This document shows, one piece after another, positions 37,166 through 49,900 of a DNA stretch of 64,000 bases. Numbering within the stretch: position 1 is the first letter of the stretch; each line of letters begins with the position of its first letter. Where the stretch lies: assembly GCA_965178125.1 (NCBI GenBank), contig OZ237747.1:1116001-1180000 (forward strand), written 5' to 3'. Both the position numbers and the translations under genes were made by a program. The notes under the pieces were generated by a model. That model was not told where the DNA came from. It did no database searches and worked only from the letters and a program-made list of their open reading frames with translations. This stretch comes from Bilabrum cf. latius. Taxonomy: Eukaryota.

Positions 37166-39334
37166 ATGCGCACCTCAACGGCTGCGCTTGCCTTGCAAGC
37201 GCTCGCGTTATCAACAATAGCGCATGCACAGGTATCTAGTGATGTGCAGGAAGCAGTTTCGGCAGCCGAAACTGCAGTGCAAGCGATCGGGAACAGGGCA
37301 GTTGAGCTGTTCACGGGGCGATGCACTGATCGGAGTTGCTCATCTTGTACGCATAGTGCCTGCCGGTCAGGCATGCCAAGCGACTCATCGTGCGTTTCAG
37401 ATTTTGGCACACCGCCAGCTTGCGACAACTCTGGCCAAATCTTGAGCGAGTCAAGCAGCATCGTGCGAATCGCAGATTTGCAGTCGGAGACGGACGCCGA
37501 GGTCGAGGATGATGTCTGCTCGTTTCGCGGCCTGGATTCAGTGTACAGCAATAATCGTGAAAGCTCTGCGGGCCTTCGGTGGCAGTATTTTGCGACGCAA
37601 AGCGGCGTTCACCGGCAGTATCCCGGCTTGCTGTGGGGCACGAGCGCCGATGACGGGCAGTGTTCGGACTACGACCCGCGAGGCCGTCCCTGGTACGTGG
37701 CGGCAAGCAGCGGCCCCAAGAATGTCATCATCGTGGTGGATGACAGCGCCTCTATGGGCCAGTCCATCGCCGGATCCAGCGTGCTCCGGATCACGAGGGC
37801 GCGAGACGCAGCCATCAGCATCATCGAGACTCTCACGCAGGCAGACTACTTCAACGTGGTGCGCTTTAGCAACGCGGTGGGTTCCTGGAACCCCTCTTTT
37901 ATGGTGCGCGCCACAGAGGAGAATAGACTTGATGCGATCCGCTGGGTGGAAAACCAGATATCCGCGAGGGGGTCCAGCACGCAGTACCACCTGGGGATCA
38001 GGGAGGCCTACGGACTGCTGAGGAACAGCATCGAAAACGACCCGGAGAACTCTCGCCACACGGACTGCCTCAGCACCGTGCTGTTCCTCACGGATGGACA
38101 GGCCTCCGATGAGGCCATGGGCGTGACTGAGCTCCTGCAGAACCAGGACCTGATCGACGGCACAGGCAGCTTCCCGCCCACGTCCTTGTTCACTTACTCC
38201 TTCGGCAGCGAGGACCTGCTTAGCCTGGACGACTCGAGGAACTTCGCCAAGCAGATGGCGTGCGCGGGCCGCGGGGTGTGGGCGGGCGTGGAGGCCTTCA
38301 CCGAGCTCAGGACGGCCATGTCTCAGTACTACTCCTTCCTGGCCGCGGGGCAGCAGAGGGACAGCCAGGTCGTATGGACGGAGCCCTACGAGGACGCCAC
38401 TGGGCTCAGAGACATCGTCACGGCGGCGCTGCCCGTGTACGACCAGCGGCAGGTGCTGGTGGGCGTGGCCGGGGTGGACATTGCGCTGGCAGACTTCGGG
38501 GTGGGCGTGGACACGACCCTCCTGAACTTCTTGGCAGCGAGGTCAGCCGCCTGCGCCACCGTGCAGCTGTCGGCCTGTTCCCTGCAGCAGCTGAGGGAGG
38601 TGCAGAACGAGAGGTACAGGGTCAGGGCACAGGCAGCCGGGACGACGTCTCGCCTGGATTCCGTGTGCAGGTACTCGACCAACGAGACGGACTCGCTGTA
38701 CGCGCCCGATCTGACCTGCGGCAGCACGCAGGACGAGGAGCTGGTGCAGTGCAGCACGCCCATCGACGCGACGGCGCAGCCCATCTGCCAGGGGTCGGTC
38801 CTCACCCAGGGCAACTATGAGGACGGGGCTTGCTGCGACGCCGGCGGGAACGTGGTCCTGATCGCGGTTCTATCCGCGGTGGCGGTGGTGCTTGTGCTGG
38901 CGGGCGTGGGCGCGTACTTTTGCTGCTGCAGGGGCGAGGGCAAGGCGCCTGCGCCTGCCGCCGCTCCCGCACCGGCACCGACCCCGGCCCCGGCCCCGCA
39001 GCACCACACTCAGCCGTACGGGCAGCCGCCCAGCTTCAACCAAGGGGGGCATGGGGGGCAGTACCCTCAGCAATCGGGGGGTGCAGGGCTGGCCCCGTAC
39101 CCCTCGGCCCCCAATGCACCCCACCATGGGGGCGCACCGTACCCCCAGTACGGCGGGGGTTCGTCGGGGGGCCCCGGGGGAGGCACCGCCAGCTGGTCCC
39201 AGTCCCACACTGGAACTGCGCCGTATCCCCAGGGGCCATCCGCTCCTGGTCAGGGCGCGGGGGGCTACTATGGGAACCCCAACGGCGGGGGCGGGTACCC
39301 TGGGTCCACTCCGTCGTAGGCGGTGCACGTGTGA
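37166..39334 (+). CDS. alpha2delta/CACHD1-like VWA + dCache type-I membrane protein with a Pro/Gly/Tyr-rich tail
   Basis: Signal peptide, YDPRGRPWY, VWA MIDAS DDSASMG, FLTDG, WTEPYEDA, GVAGVDI and a TM helix. Reading TAG 39317 as Gln gives ...PSQAVHV then TGA 39332-39334. Confidence 0.88.
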
Positions 39335-39660
39335 GGGTGTCGGGTCGGGTGTCGTGTCGCAGGGGGAAGCGGCACTGTTTCCAAAGTGTCTCATGTGTTT
39401 ATCTACTGATACTGTTCGTTCTCGAGTCGGACTCCGGCAGCGTAAGGTTACGTAAGCTCTTTTGACCCAACAACCCCTACACAGTCAGACTCATCACCAA
39501 TAAGATGCGCTGTCCCGTTGGCCAGGGTATCGCGCACGCGACATGTCGGCTAGTCTCATGAGCCATCGCGTCCACAACCTTCATGCATCACGGTCAGCCG
39601 TGGTCACTTTCTTTGCTCTGTCTCTCGGTCGCGTCGTCTCTCTCCTGAACAATCTGCAAC

Positions 39661-40239
39661 ATGCAGGCGTACAGCGATTTCCTCAAAGGGTCGATTGACT
39701 TGGATGCGTACAAGGAAAGGCTAAGCCATGATGGACGTTCGAAGGTCACAGCTTCTGATGCATGGTTGGGGACTATAAAAGGAAGAGCGCACAGAGGGCT
39801 CCCAGCGTGAAGGAGCTGCAGCACTGTCGGTATGTGGGATATCCCGCCATGGCCCTGTGCGCTGGTGGGAGCATGGACGCGGTGCGGGGCATGCAGGCGA
39901 TGGGGCGGGAGGTGCTGGGGGCAGCCGTGGCCGACCACTGCGACGATGCTTTGCAGCACGATCGGGATGCGCGCCTGAGTCGTTTACTTGCATGTCATCG
40001 GACGCACGAGGCTAAGTGCGACACTGACATGCTTTTGAGGCGGCAAGTGAGGGGAGGCCTCTGGAGCTGGGAAAGCGTCTGAGGCTGGGCAAGCTTGCTG
40101 CCAGTGGTGGCCTCGAGATGAAGGGCGAGGTAGTAATGGGTGACGAGGGGATGTCTGGGGAGCGTCGTTCGGTGGGTCCGTTGGAGGTGGCTCGTCTGGG
40201 GGGCACGATGAGTGCGTATAACTATTGCTGCAGGGGTGA
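39661..40239 (+). pseudogene. Internally deleted, inverted paralog of the LRR gene at 56587..59118
   Basis: MQAYSDFLKGSIDLDAYK matches MQAYRDFTSGSIDFNEYK. 39803-40239 matches the reverse complement of 56587-57023. Frameshifted, and the LRR core is absent. Confidence 0.8.
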
Positions 40240-40375
40240 TCCAAGCAGCAGTGGCCTGGATGTGGGTCGCATGCTGTTGTAACTCCAGACTAATACCTAG
40301 AACTGACCTGCACGAATGTTTGGATGTAGCTAGTGGCGTCTCCATAATTACATATCGGATCCTTTGACAAATCCA

Positions 40376-42172
40376 TTAGTGCGGTAGAAATACCCCATCA
40401 GTACTCGCCTCAACCTGATTAAAGCTAGGCACAGGTGCGCAGCCGCCGGCAGGTGTGTTGCTGCAGCTGCAGTCGGTCTCGGGGCACACAGCGGGGTCCT
40501 CGTCGGCCACGTCCTCCCACCCGACGCACTGGTAGCAAGCCATCCGGTTGGTCGGATCGTAGCGCTTCTTCACGTCAAGCAGCTGGCTGTACCGGTCGGC
40601 AGAGCCCCAGTACCTCTGCTGCCAGTCGCTGGCGTTATTGAAATTGTGGTTCGGCTCGTTCCAGTAGACCCACCGGTCTACGCCGAGCGGGCTGAGCACC
40701 TCACTACCCCATTCGTCCATTGCCTGCACGAGCTTGTTGGCATTGGGGTTGTCTGCCTCCCATGACCCGTAGCATGTGATGGCCATCAGAGATCGGCGCA
40801 TGGCGGGGGCCACGCTCGTATCGGTCCCTTCCGGATCCATGCCGCTGGCGAGACCCCCGAGCATGGCGTTCCCGGAGCATCCGATGGAGGCGCCCAAGCG
40901 GAACATGGCCGGGCCCGCCTGCCATAGGCTGCCCATCACCTTGAGCAGGGAGTCGTTCTGGAACCCAGCGGCATCCATGGCCGTTGACTGGAAGTACACG
41001 GCACCCTTCCGGCCAACGTCACCCGGCAGCCCGATAGTCGAATCGTAGTACGACCCGCACTGCATCGGTGGGCTGCCCACGGAATCACTCAGCGGCTTCA
41101 GCGCAGACTCGCATGAGATCGGATCGCTCGAGCAAATCGCACTGATCTCCACTGTTGCAAGAATGCCGTACGTGGCGCAGGGGCTGTCCAAGTAGCACGA
41201 CCCGCAGCCTGCCTCTACGGCCTTGTCGCAGCCTTTTGCTATTCCCTCCTTGCTGATGGTGCCGTTGGCGAGGCAATACTAGGAACCATAGCACACCGAG
41301 GCGGCCTGGCAGGACTACAGGAGCTCTTCTGAGCAGGAAAGCCCATAGTGCGGCAGGTAGTAGAGACCGACGTAGGGTGGAGCCGTCGGCATAAAGTTCT
41401 GGACGGCCCGGGTGAGGTTGCCGAGGGCGATCCCAGCCGCGGCCACGCTGCAGATGGCGGGCGGCGTATCGTGCAGACGAATTGTCAGCGAGACGGCGAC
41501 ACCGTACGCGGAGCCTCCGCTGCCCCGGAGCGCTCGGAAGAGCTCCAGGTGGTGCGTGCGGTTCGCCGTGATGAGGGTCCCGTTGGACAGCACCAGGTCG
41601 ACTGACACCAGGTTGTCTGCGCCGTAGCCGTGCATGCGAGATAGAAACCCGTGACCCCCGCCAATCGACCATCCGTACGGACCCACAGTGTTGTCACCAC
41701 CGGAGACGAGCGTTTTCTGGCCTGCTGTTGTGGCGTTCAGATACAGCAGGATCTCCTTGAATGACTAGCCCGGCCCTACAGTTATGACACTCTGGTCATC
41801 GCTGACCTATTTATGATTCAGACTCGAGCAATCGATGAGGACAGCATTGTCTGCAGTGTTGCGCACATCCTAGTGATGGCCTGTTGAATTCACTACAACT
41901 CGCATGTTGTGCTGGTTAGCGAACCGCAACGATGATGCAACGTCATCAGCATCCTGAACTTTAACTATTATTGCTGGTTTCGGGGTGTGCGTGCGGAGGT
42001 TGTACGTCAAGGGGTCGTAAGATGCAGCGCCGTAGACTACAACACCGCCGCTGATCCCGCTGGAAAACTATGCTACGTCCGCCTCTGTGGGCCACTGGGC
42101 GTCGCCAGGCTGCGAGAAGTGTATCTTTGCATAGCATGACGCTATTGCGAGCGCAAACACGGTCGTTTGCAT
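40376..42172 (-). CDS. Secreted FAD-linked oxidase (berberine-bridge-enzyme-like)
   Basis: ATG 42172 with signal peptide. Motifs KPAIIV..DV..., STGH, VGPG, GWSIGGGHGFLSRMHGYGADN and C-terminal YWNEP..YWG..L..VKKRYDP. 6 TAGs; TAA stop. Confidence 0.9.
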
Positions 42173-42393
42173 CGCAAAGAGTGGGTCTGCGACATTGGAC
42201 ATTTCGCGGCTACTAGTTCCGTCGCAGGCATTTGTGCCGCCGCCAGCCGGCCGGAGGCCCGGAGCACAGCAGGGTAAGTGCGGCCATGACTTGCTAGCGA
42301 CATGCCGTTCTAGGCGCCCAGAAGGCGATAAACTTCATTGGTCGCTTCAGACTGCCACGCAACCCAATACCCAATACACACCCCAAACACTTC

Positions 42394-45300
42394 TCAACCG
42401 GGCGAGGTAGAAGGCGCCGAGCTGCCTCCCGGACTCACCCGCGTCAACGCAGGCGACCGTTGAGCAGGAGGCGATCGGCTGCCTCTGCCCCCATGCTGCC
42501 CCAGATCACCCGCGCGAAACCCGCCCTCCCCGCCCAGAGGGCTCCCGAGCGGGTCCCCTTTGCCTGCCACGCGCCGACTCAAGCCAAGATCCCCGGCACC
42601 ACCGATCGGCGGTGTCCCGCCCCTGCTCCTAGTGCCCTCGTTGTCTCCACTGCCTGCTCCCGCCCGAGTTCGCCCGTTGGTCGCCCGCTGCAGCACCCCC
42701 TCCAATGGCCTGCCCGAAGACCGCGCCGCTGGTGACTCCCTGGATCCGGAGCCGGAACCCAGCGCACGAGCGCGCCAGTAAGCAGGCGACCGGGGAGCGG
42801 GGGCGGGTGCCGGGGCTGGCGCTCGCCACCTGTCACCATCGTGCGATGCACCCGCCAGCGCAGCACCCCCGACCAAGTCTCGCCGAGACCCCGCGCGCGA
42901 CGGCGGCACGCTGCCAATGCGCCTGCGACCCTCGCCTGCACCACCGTGCAGTGCGCCCTCCAGGCCACCACCCCTGTGCCCTCGGCCCGCACCAGCCCCA
43001 GCACCCCCGCCAGCGCCAGCCCTGCCCCCGCCCCGCAGACTGGCCACTGAGTGAGACGCCACCGTCTGCACATCATCCAGGTCCCTCCGAGCTGCCCTCA
43101 CCTTGGCCTGCAGGCTGTCCACCACCTCGCCAGTGCGGCGGTTCTCCCGACCCAGCGCCTCCAGCCGAGAGAGCGCAGACTCCGCGCGAGCCGCCGCCAG
43201 CGCCTCCTCCGCCCTCCTGGCCCTGGCCCTCTGCCGCGAGGCCTCCTCCCGGGCCTGCTCCGCTTGTTCCCTGGCCGCCTGCACCTGGGCGCGGGCCTCG
43301 ATCAGCTCCTCCCTGCCCGCCCCAGCCTCCCTCGAGGAACGCTGCAGGTCCTCGGAGAGCCTCGACGAACGTTCTTCGGCGTTCGACGCGCGCAGCTCCG
43401 CGGCGCTCTTGGCTCGATCTAGCCGTTCAGTTTCCTCCCTGGCCCTGTCCAGCATGTCCTGCAGCGCCCGTGCCCGCGCCTCGGCCTCCTCTGCCCGCCG
43501 CTCCGCCGATGCCTTGGCGTCCTCTGCGGCTCCCGCCCGGCTGGCAGCGGCGCGGGCGGCGTCCTCCGCCAGCGTGCGCGCCCTGGAGGCAGACTCCCTC
43601 GCCTGTTCTGCCTCTCGGGCCCGGGCCTCGGCGGCAGCAGCGCGGGCCCCCGCGCCCCTCCCCTCCTTGGCGTTCTCTTCTGCCCTCTGCGCCCGCCTCT
43701 CGAGCTCTTGTTCCCTGGCATGCCCGCCCGCCACCTGCGACTTGAGATCCTCGTGCTCCCGCAGCGCTGCAGCCACCCTCCGCTCCGCCTCCTCCCTCCC
43801 TGTAGCCTGGGCCTCTGCCTCTGCTCTGGCCTCCTCCAGACCCCTGCGCTCCCCTCTAAGCTCGGCCTGCAGGGAATCCAGCTCCCGCTGCAGGTCCTGC
43901 GCCTTGCGTCGCTCCGCCCTGAGCTGTGCCTCGAGCCCGCTCGCCTCTTCCTGCATCCTCCTCGCCTCCTGCTGCAGCCCCTCCTTCTCCCCCTGCGCCT
44001 CCCGGAGCCGATCCAGGGCCTCCTGCCGCTCCTAGGAGGCCTGCCGTCTGGCCTGCTCGGCCCGCGAGGCGTCGTCCAGAGCCGAGTCCGCCTCCCGTCG
44101 GGCCGCCTCAGCCGCCGCGCGGGCCTCAGCAGCAGCCGCCCGCTGCTCCTGCGCCTCCGCCTCCGCCGACCTCCTGGACTCCCTCGCCTTCCGGGCGTCC
44201 GATTTCTCCGCCTCCGATGCGCCCCTCGCCTCCTCCTTCGCCTCCTCTGCCGCTTCCCGTCTGCTCCTCTCCGCCTCGAGGTCCGCTTCCAAGGCCGCCA
44301 GCGCCTCCTGCCCCGCCCTGCCCTCCTCCTCCTTCTCCTGGCGCAGGCGGTTTGCCTCTGTCTCCAGCACCCGCCGCGCGGCCTCGCTCGCCGCCAGCCG
44401 TCCCTTGAGCGCCCCCTGCCCCTCCTCCGCCTCCCGCGCCCTCTCCCAGTCCTCCGCGCTCTGCTCCGCCGCCTCTTTGGCGCGCTCCTGCAGCTCCCTG
44501 TGCCTCTCGCTCAGCTCACTCAGAGCCAGGCGCACCGCCTCCACCTCGCCCTCGGCCGCCTCCGCACGGCCTTGTTCCCTGGACGCCTCCGTTTTCTGCG
44601 CCTCGAGTGCCTCCCTGCAAGCCCTCGCGTCTTCGAGCAGCGACTGGAGCCTCTCCTGGAAGGCCTGGGGGGTGAAGAGGTCCTCGGCGAACGTGGGCTC
44701 GCTCAGGTAGGCGGGCCTGGAGCTGGGGCCAGTCAGAAGGGCGGCCGCGGTGGGGGAGCTCCCTTTGCCCCGGCTCGCGGACACCATGGTACCGTCGGCG
44801 CCGTCGTGCCCGTCCACAGAGCCGGGCCCGGGGCTGGTGCTGGGCGTCTGGAACCTGCCTCCTGCCGGTGAGCCGTCCCCAGGAGGGGAATTCCCCTGGC
44901 CCCCACCCTGGGGGGACGCCACGGACCGTGCTAGGGGCGATGAAACATGGCCCGTGCCTGCTCCAGCCCCTTGGCTCGCTCCGGCACCGGTCTTGCTCGG
45001 AGACACCGCGAGGCCGCGGGAACTGCCGCCGAGCATGCCGGTGCCGTGCACCGACGGAGCCACCCCCGAGTCGATCGCCCGACGGACCCGCCGCACTACA
45101 CCTGCACCGAGGCCCGGTGCCAGCCTAGCCAAGAATGCCTGCAACCCGTCCGCGGCTTCCAGCAGAACGGCTTCCGAGCGCACGGTGCTGCCCCCTCCTC
45201 CACCGCCCCCTAGAGCTCCAGTGCGCGGCGATGTCGATGCAAAGCCCCCCCCTGGCAGCTCTCCGCCCTCATTGCCGTCGCCGTCCGCTGCAGCATCTCC

Positions 45301-47892
45301 TGCGACCCCGGGTCTAGACTGCCCCAAGGGACTCGTCTGCATGGGCGTGCCTGCGTCTGCCAGGCTGCGCCCGCCCGCGCTGCTGCCGAGCTGCACCATC
45401 GTGCCCCCGCCCCCCTGGATCTAGGACTGGTCCGTGGGCTGGGACCGGGCGTACTCGGCAGGGTTCACCAGGAAACGGGCCAGCTCCACCACCGCCTCGC
45501 CCGCCGATTCGAGCCTCCCGCAGGCGTGCAGGGCCAGAAGCGCCACGAAACGAACCCTGTCCACGCCGGAGCGAACCTTCCTCAGCGCCCCCTCGGCCTC
45601 CGCGCGCCTCGCGTCTGCTTCCTGCAGCGCCTGCTGCTTCTCCTGCTGCAGCTGCTGGATCACGTCCTCGGACCGAAGCAGCTCCCCGCCGGGTGTCACC
45701 ACCACGCCGCCCCTCCCCTCCAGTAGGGCAGCCCGTAGCCTGGCAAGCTCCCTCCTGTACCTCTCTATGATGGTGGCCCGCGTGGTGACCTCGTTCACAC
45801 GGGCCGTGTTGACCACCCGCATGGCCCGCTCGGCGAACTGCAGCGAGGACCTCGTCTCGCCCAGGTTGCTCTCCGCTGGGCTCACCGTGACCACCACGGC
45901 CGTCTTGGCGTTGCCTCCCAGCGAGGTGGACAGGAGCCGCGTGAGCTTTGAGTCCCTGTACGGGATGTGCCTCTCTCCGGTGATGAGCTTGTTGATGACC
46001 GTGCCCAGCGTCAGCAGGCTGGTGTTGATCATGCCTCCCTCGCGCCGAGTCACCCCAGTGGCCCCGCTCTTGCTGATCCGCTCAGACCCGGCAAGGTCCA
46101 CCAGGTTGAGGCAGGAGACGCGCACGGCGCGGCCCTTGGACCCGTTGCCGCCCCTGCGCCTCCCCGCGCCTGCGTTCCCGTTGGCAGCCGGCGAAGGGGC
46201 CCCGATCTGCCCGTAACCGTTACCCAACGCCCCACGTGCGGCCGACAGCTGCTCGTCTTCCTCGTCGTCGTCCTCGTCCTCAGCCGCCCCCGACCTGCCC
46301 CCCGCGGCCCTGGATTCAATCACCATGCGGAACAGCGTGTGGCTCCGAGAGGACCGCGCATTCATCGATGTGGATGCCACCGCCCTGTGCCCCTCCCCGA
46401 TCCGCAGGATCTCCAGGATCCGCGTCGGCGTGAGCACCACCTCCTCCGTGAGACCCCGCACGTAGGGCCCCGCCACTGGGTTGTCCACGATCCTCAAGGC
46501 GCCGTTCCTCTCTCTCGCCAGGGGGTTCAGCAGGTCCCTGATCTCCTCGTTGTAGATCTCCAGGTACGACACCCGGATGAGGAATTCAAGCTGCGGCCTC
46601 TCCTGCGCCCACTAGAACACGTCGTGGGCGGCGAGGATCGTCACACCGGGCTCCGACTCCGTCCCGAGGAGCGTGTGCGTCTTCCCGCTGCCCGTCTGGC
46701 CGTAAGCGAACACGGTCGCGTTGAAGCCCTCCATGGCGCTCCGTATGATTGGCACCCCGACCGAGTCGTACACCCGTGAGGTGCGGGTGCCAGGGGCAAA
46801 CACCTGGTCAAAGGTGTGACGACGACGGCCCTCCCTATCCCCCCTCTGGCCGCGCTCCCTGAGAGTCGGCCCGTCGCACCTCCATGCGTCTGGGTCGCCC
46901 CTTGCGACCTCCATGTCGGACAGGGGCCGGACTCTGACGCCCACCACGATGTTGGTGCGCTCGGGCCCGCGCCGAGGGGAGCCAGCCTCCTGCATGGCGC
47001 TGCCTACCTGGCTGGACAGAAACAGCGCCGCGCCACCGCTGGAGTTACCGTGCAGTGCACCCGCAGACGACTGCACCCCACTCTACCCGGCCATGGGGTG
47101 CACGGGCTGATACTGCATGAGCTGTGTCTGTGTCTGTGTCTGTGTCTGCTGGCCGGGGCCTGCCCTCGCGGACCAACCGCGGGCCGCCCCGTGGCTGGCT
47201 GCAGGAGACCACATCACCTGGGGAACTGCCGCCTCGGCTGGTCCGCGTGACGAGTGTGGACGCAAAGCCGCTGTGCTGCCGGCCTCGGGGCTGCCGAGTA
47301 GCTGCCATCCCGGGGTCCCATCCGCTGTCCGTACGCTGGATCTACTGCTAGAAGGGTATTTCGAAGCTGCACCTGCCGCGGGGGGCGACAGGATGGCGCC
47401 CGGAGAGGCAGACACGAAGCCTGCTCGAATGGTGGAGGCCCGCGCTCTTGCGGTGCGCGGTGACGGCGGAATGCTCTCGTTGTGGGCAAGAAGCGCGGTG
47501 CGAGACGCGCCTCTGGATGATGAGCGGCCGGTTTGCACTGGGGGCGGCGGTGCAGCCAATTCGTGCCTCGTTTGTAGGGCAGAGGCAGTTGACGCCGCTT
47601 GCCTACTAGGCGGCATGGACGTCAGTCCGGCCTAATCGGTGCCGATCCCGTGAGAAGGGTCCCATACAGCAGCTAACGCTGCATCATTTGCTTCCAGGTC
47701 TGCTCTCATGTTCGCAAGCTCTCGCTAGACTTCGGGGTGGCGAGCAGCAACGGGTTCTGCCTCCTGGATCCCATGCTTTCGCCTAACCCGCCGGGCACGC
47801 TGGCCTTGGGCATCGCGAGAATGATCAGAGCTCTTCTGCGAGCTTTCAGTTCTCCAGGCATCTCCAGATCGCTGCGGGGCATCCGGATGCAT
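42394..47892 (-). CDS. Kinesin (kinesin-7/CENP-E-like) with an N-terminal extension and long coiled coil, ~1830 aa
   Basis: Motifs VGVRVRP, AYGQTGSGKT, SYLEIYNE, NARSSRSH, LVDLAGSE, HIPYRDSKLT. One frame runs from ATG 47892 to TGA 42396-42394 with 6 TAGs (e.g. 47083, 46612, 45421, 44032). The start could be a downstream ATG. Confidence 0.9.
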
Positions 47893-48313
47893 AAGGAATC
47901 ACTTTCAGAGACAGTGGGTCTACGCCACCGTCGTTCGTGAGCTATATATGCAGCTTTGATCACGAAAATGAAAAAAACTAGTTTTTTATTTAAAAAAACA
48001 AAAGAACGTGGTAAAGATCCTTACGTCAGCCGGTAATGCTCGAAATTTTGGTCTTGAAGATTCTGTGTGCTTGGCGAACCTGCCCAGGCTGCCTTGCGAC
48101 GACATGCACAACAGAACCGAGGTGCGATCAGCACAGCCAAGCAGCTGTAAATTTACCTGGCTGGCAAACAGCGACTATTGTCAAGCTGGCTTGCCCGATC
48201 ATGTCCGCCTGAACCCAACGGCAAGGCTGCGAATCGTGACGAGCTCGCGTGTGCTGCACGAATTTGGACTTGAACCAACCTACCGCACCGGATTCCAAAC
48301 AAGAGCGCATCGC

Positions 48314-49819
48314 TTATAGCGTGTTTACCAGTTTTAGACGAGGGCCATCGGTCCCAACGCTCTCGCTTCCTTCAATGACCCTTCCGCCAGCCCCAGACCC
48401 AGCACTACCCCCATCACTACCCCCATCACCAGCGCCAGCGCCAGCGCCCTTCCTCTCCTGAGCCAGCAGCGCAGCACCCTCCTCCTTGGACAGACACTTG
48501 CTCCTCAGGCCCCAGCTCCCATCGATCACAGCCTGGGCAAGGCACTGGGCCAGCCGCGGGGCCCGGCTGGAGGGGTGCATGGGCACCGGGCCCATGCCCC
48601 AGGGGCCCGCTTCATCCATTCCATACGGAGGCGGGGCTGTGCTAGGGGCTGTACTAGGGGCTGTGCTGGGGGCTGTGCTGGGGGCTGTACTGGGGACATC
48701 GCTGCTGCCAGTGCCAGCATTGGCCAATGAGGCTGAACCCCCTGCAACACCTGACGTGCCATCCTCGGCCCCGCCTGCTGGCTCCACGGGTGGATCCACG
48801 GGGAGATCCATAGATGGTTTCCAGGCGATGAATACGTGACAGCCGCGCATCACACCACTGGGCTATGCCTCGATGAGATCTGCAGCTGGCGATTTGCCTA
48901 CCGGCGCGCACATGCTAGGGCTAGCAGGTTCCTGCGCGCCTCCAGTATCATCATGTGCGGCAGAATCTGGTTCCTTGGACGCAGATGGAGGAGCAGGTAG
49001 TTTGCTCCAGCCCGCCACGGGCAAGAATTCCAGCCGGGCGCTCCAGCAGAACAGGTTCTGCTCGAGGAGGCGGTCTTCGAGCTCCAAGGCACCCCCGCGG
49101 CACGGATCTACTATCAGAGCCGTTCCAGAGGGACCCAAGCTTGCGCTGATAGACCTTGCAAGGGGTTTCGCAAATGACGTGAGGTAGAGGATGTCTGTGC
49201 CAAGCACAAGGTCGAAGCCACTGGAGGATTCTTCAGTTCTCGTGTAACTGGACCCAGCGCCCGGTGAAACAATGTCAGGCCCTGCACTACTCTTTGGCAG
49301 TGCTATACTAGCAGTGAAGCGTAACATGGACTCCACATCTTCGTTCTTTGATATATTTGCCTTCAAAGCGGTCAGGTCGCCTGACGCTCGAACTCCAGCC
49401 AGAGGCGAAGCAAACTCCTCATCTGTAAGACGGGTAGGTATTCCTAGCTTGGATGCATTACGAGACAACAATGTTGTGGCGTCGTCTGCAATGTCTGTTG
49501 CAACGACGTGCGCCCCACATCGGGCAGCTACTAGTGAAGGGAGGCCCAGACCGCACCCGTATTCCGCAACCTACTTTCCTTTCAGTTCCGTTGAAATTGA
49601 CAATAGCAACTAAGACGTCGGAAAACAGCTTGCCCATGTGAATGCCCACAGGTCACACTGATCTGATCTTCGCGTGCTTTCAGAGCGAGGCTTTTCGATC
49701 GTGTCCACTGTCAACCGTAGCTGTCTATGCTATGTTTCTGGCGCACATAGCGACTCAATGCATGTATGCTTTGCTTCCAATGGTGGCAGTGACGGTAGAC
49801 TTTCATTCTTTGCGGCCAT
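48314..49819 (-). CDS. Seven-beta-strand lysine methyltransferase (METTL21/Methyltransf_16-like)
   Basis: W..., GK*VAEYGCGLGLPSL, VVATD, FDLVLGTDILY. 4 TAGs; ATG 49819; TAA stop. Confidence 0.85.
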
Positions 49820-49900
49820 ATCAAGATGGGACCTCAGTTGCAGTTGGCCTCCGCAGGCTCCGCAGATCAAAAGGATACCTGCGCGGCGCCAGCTCCGGCA

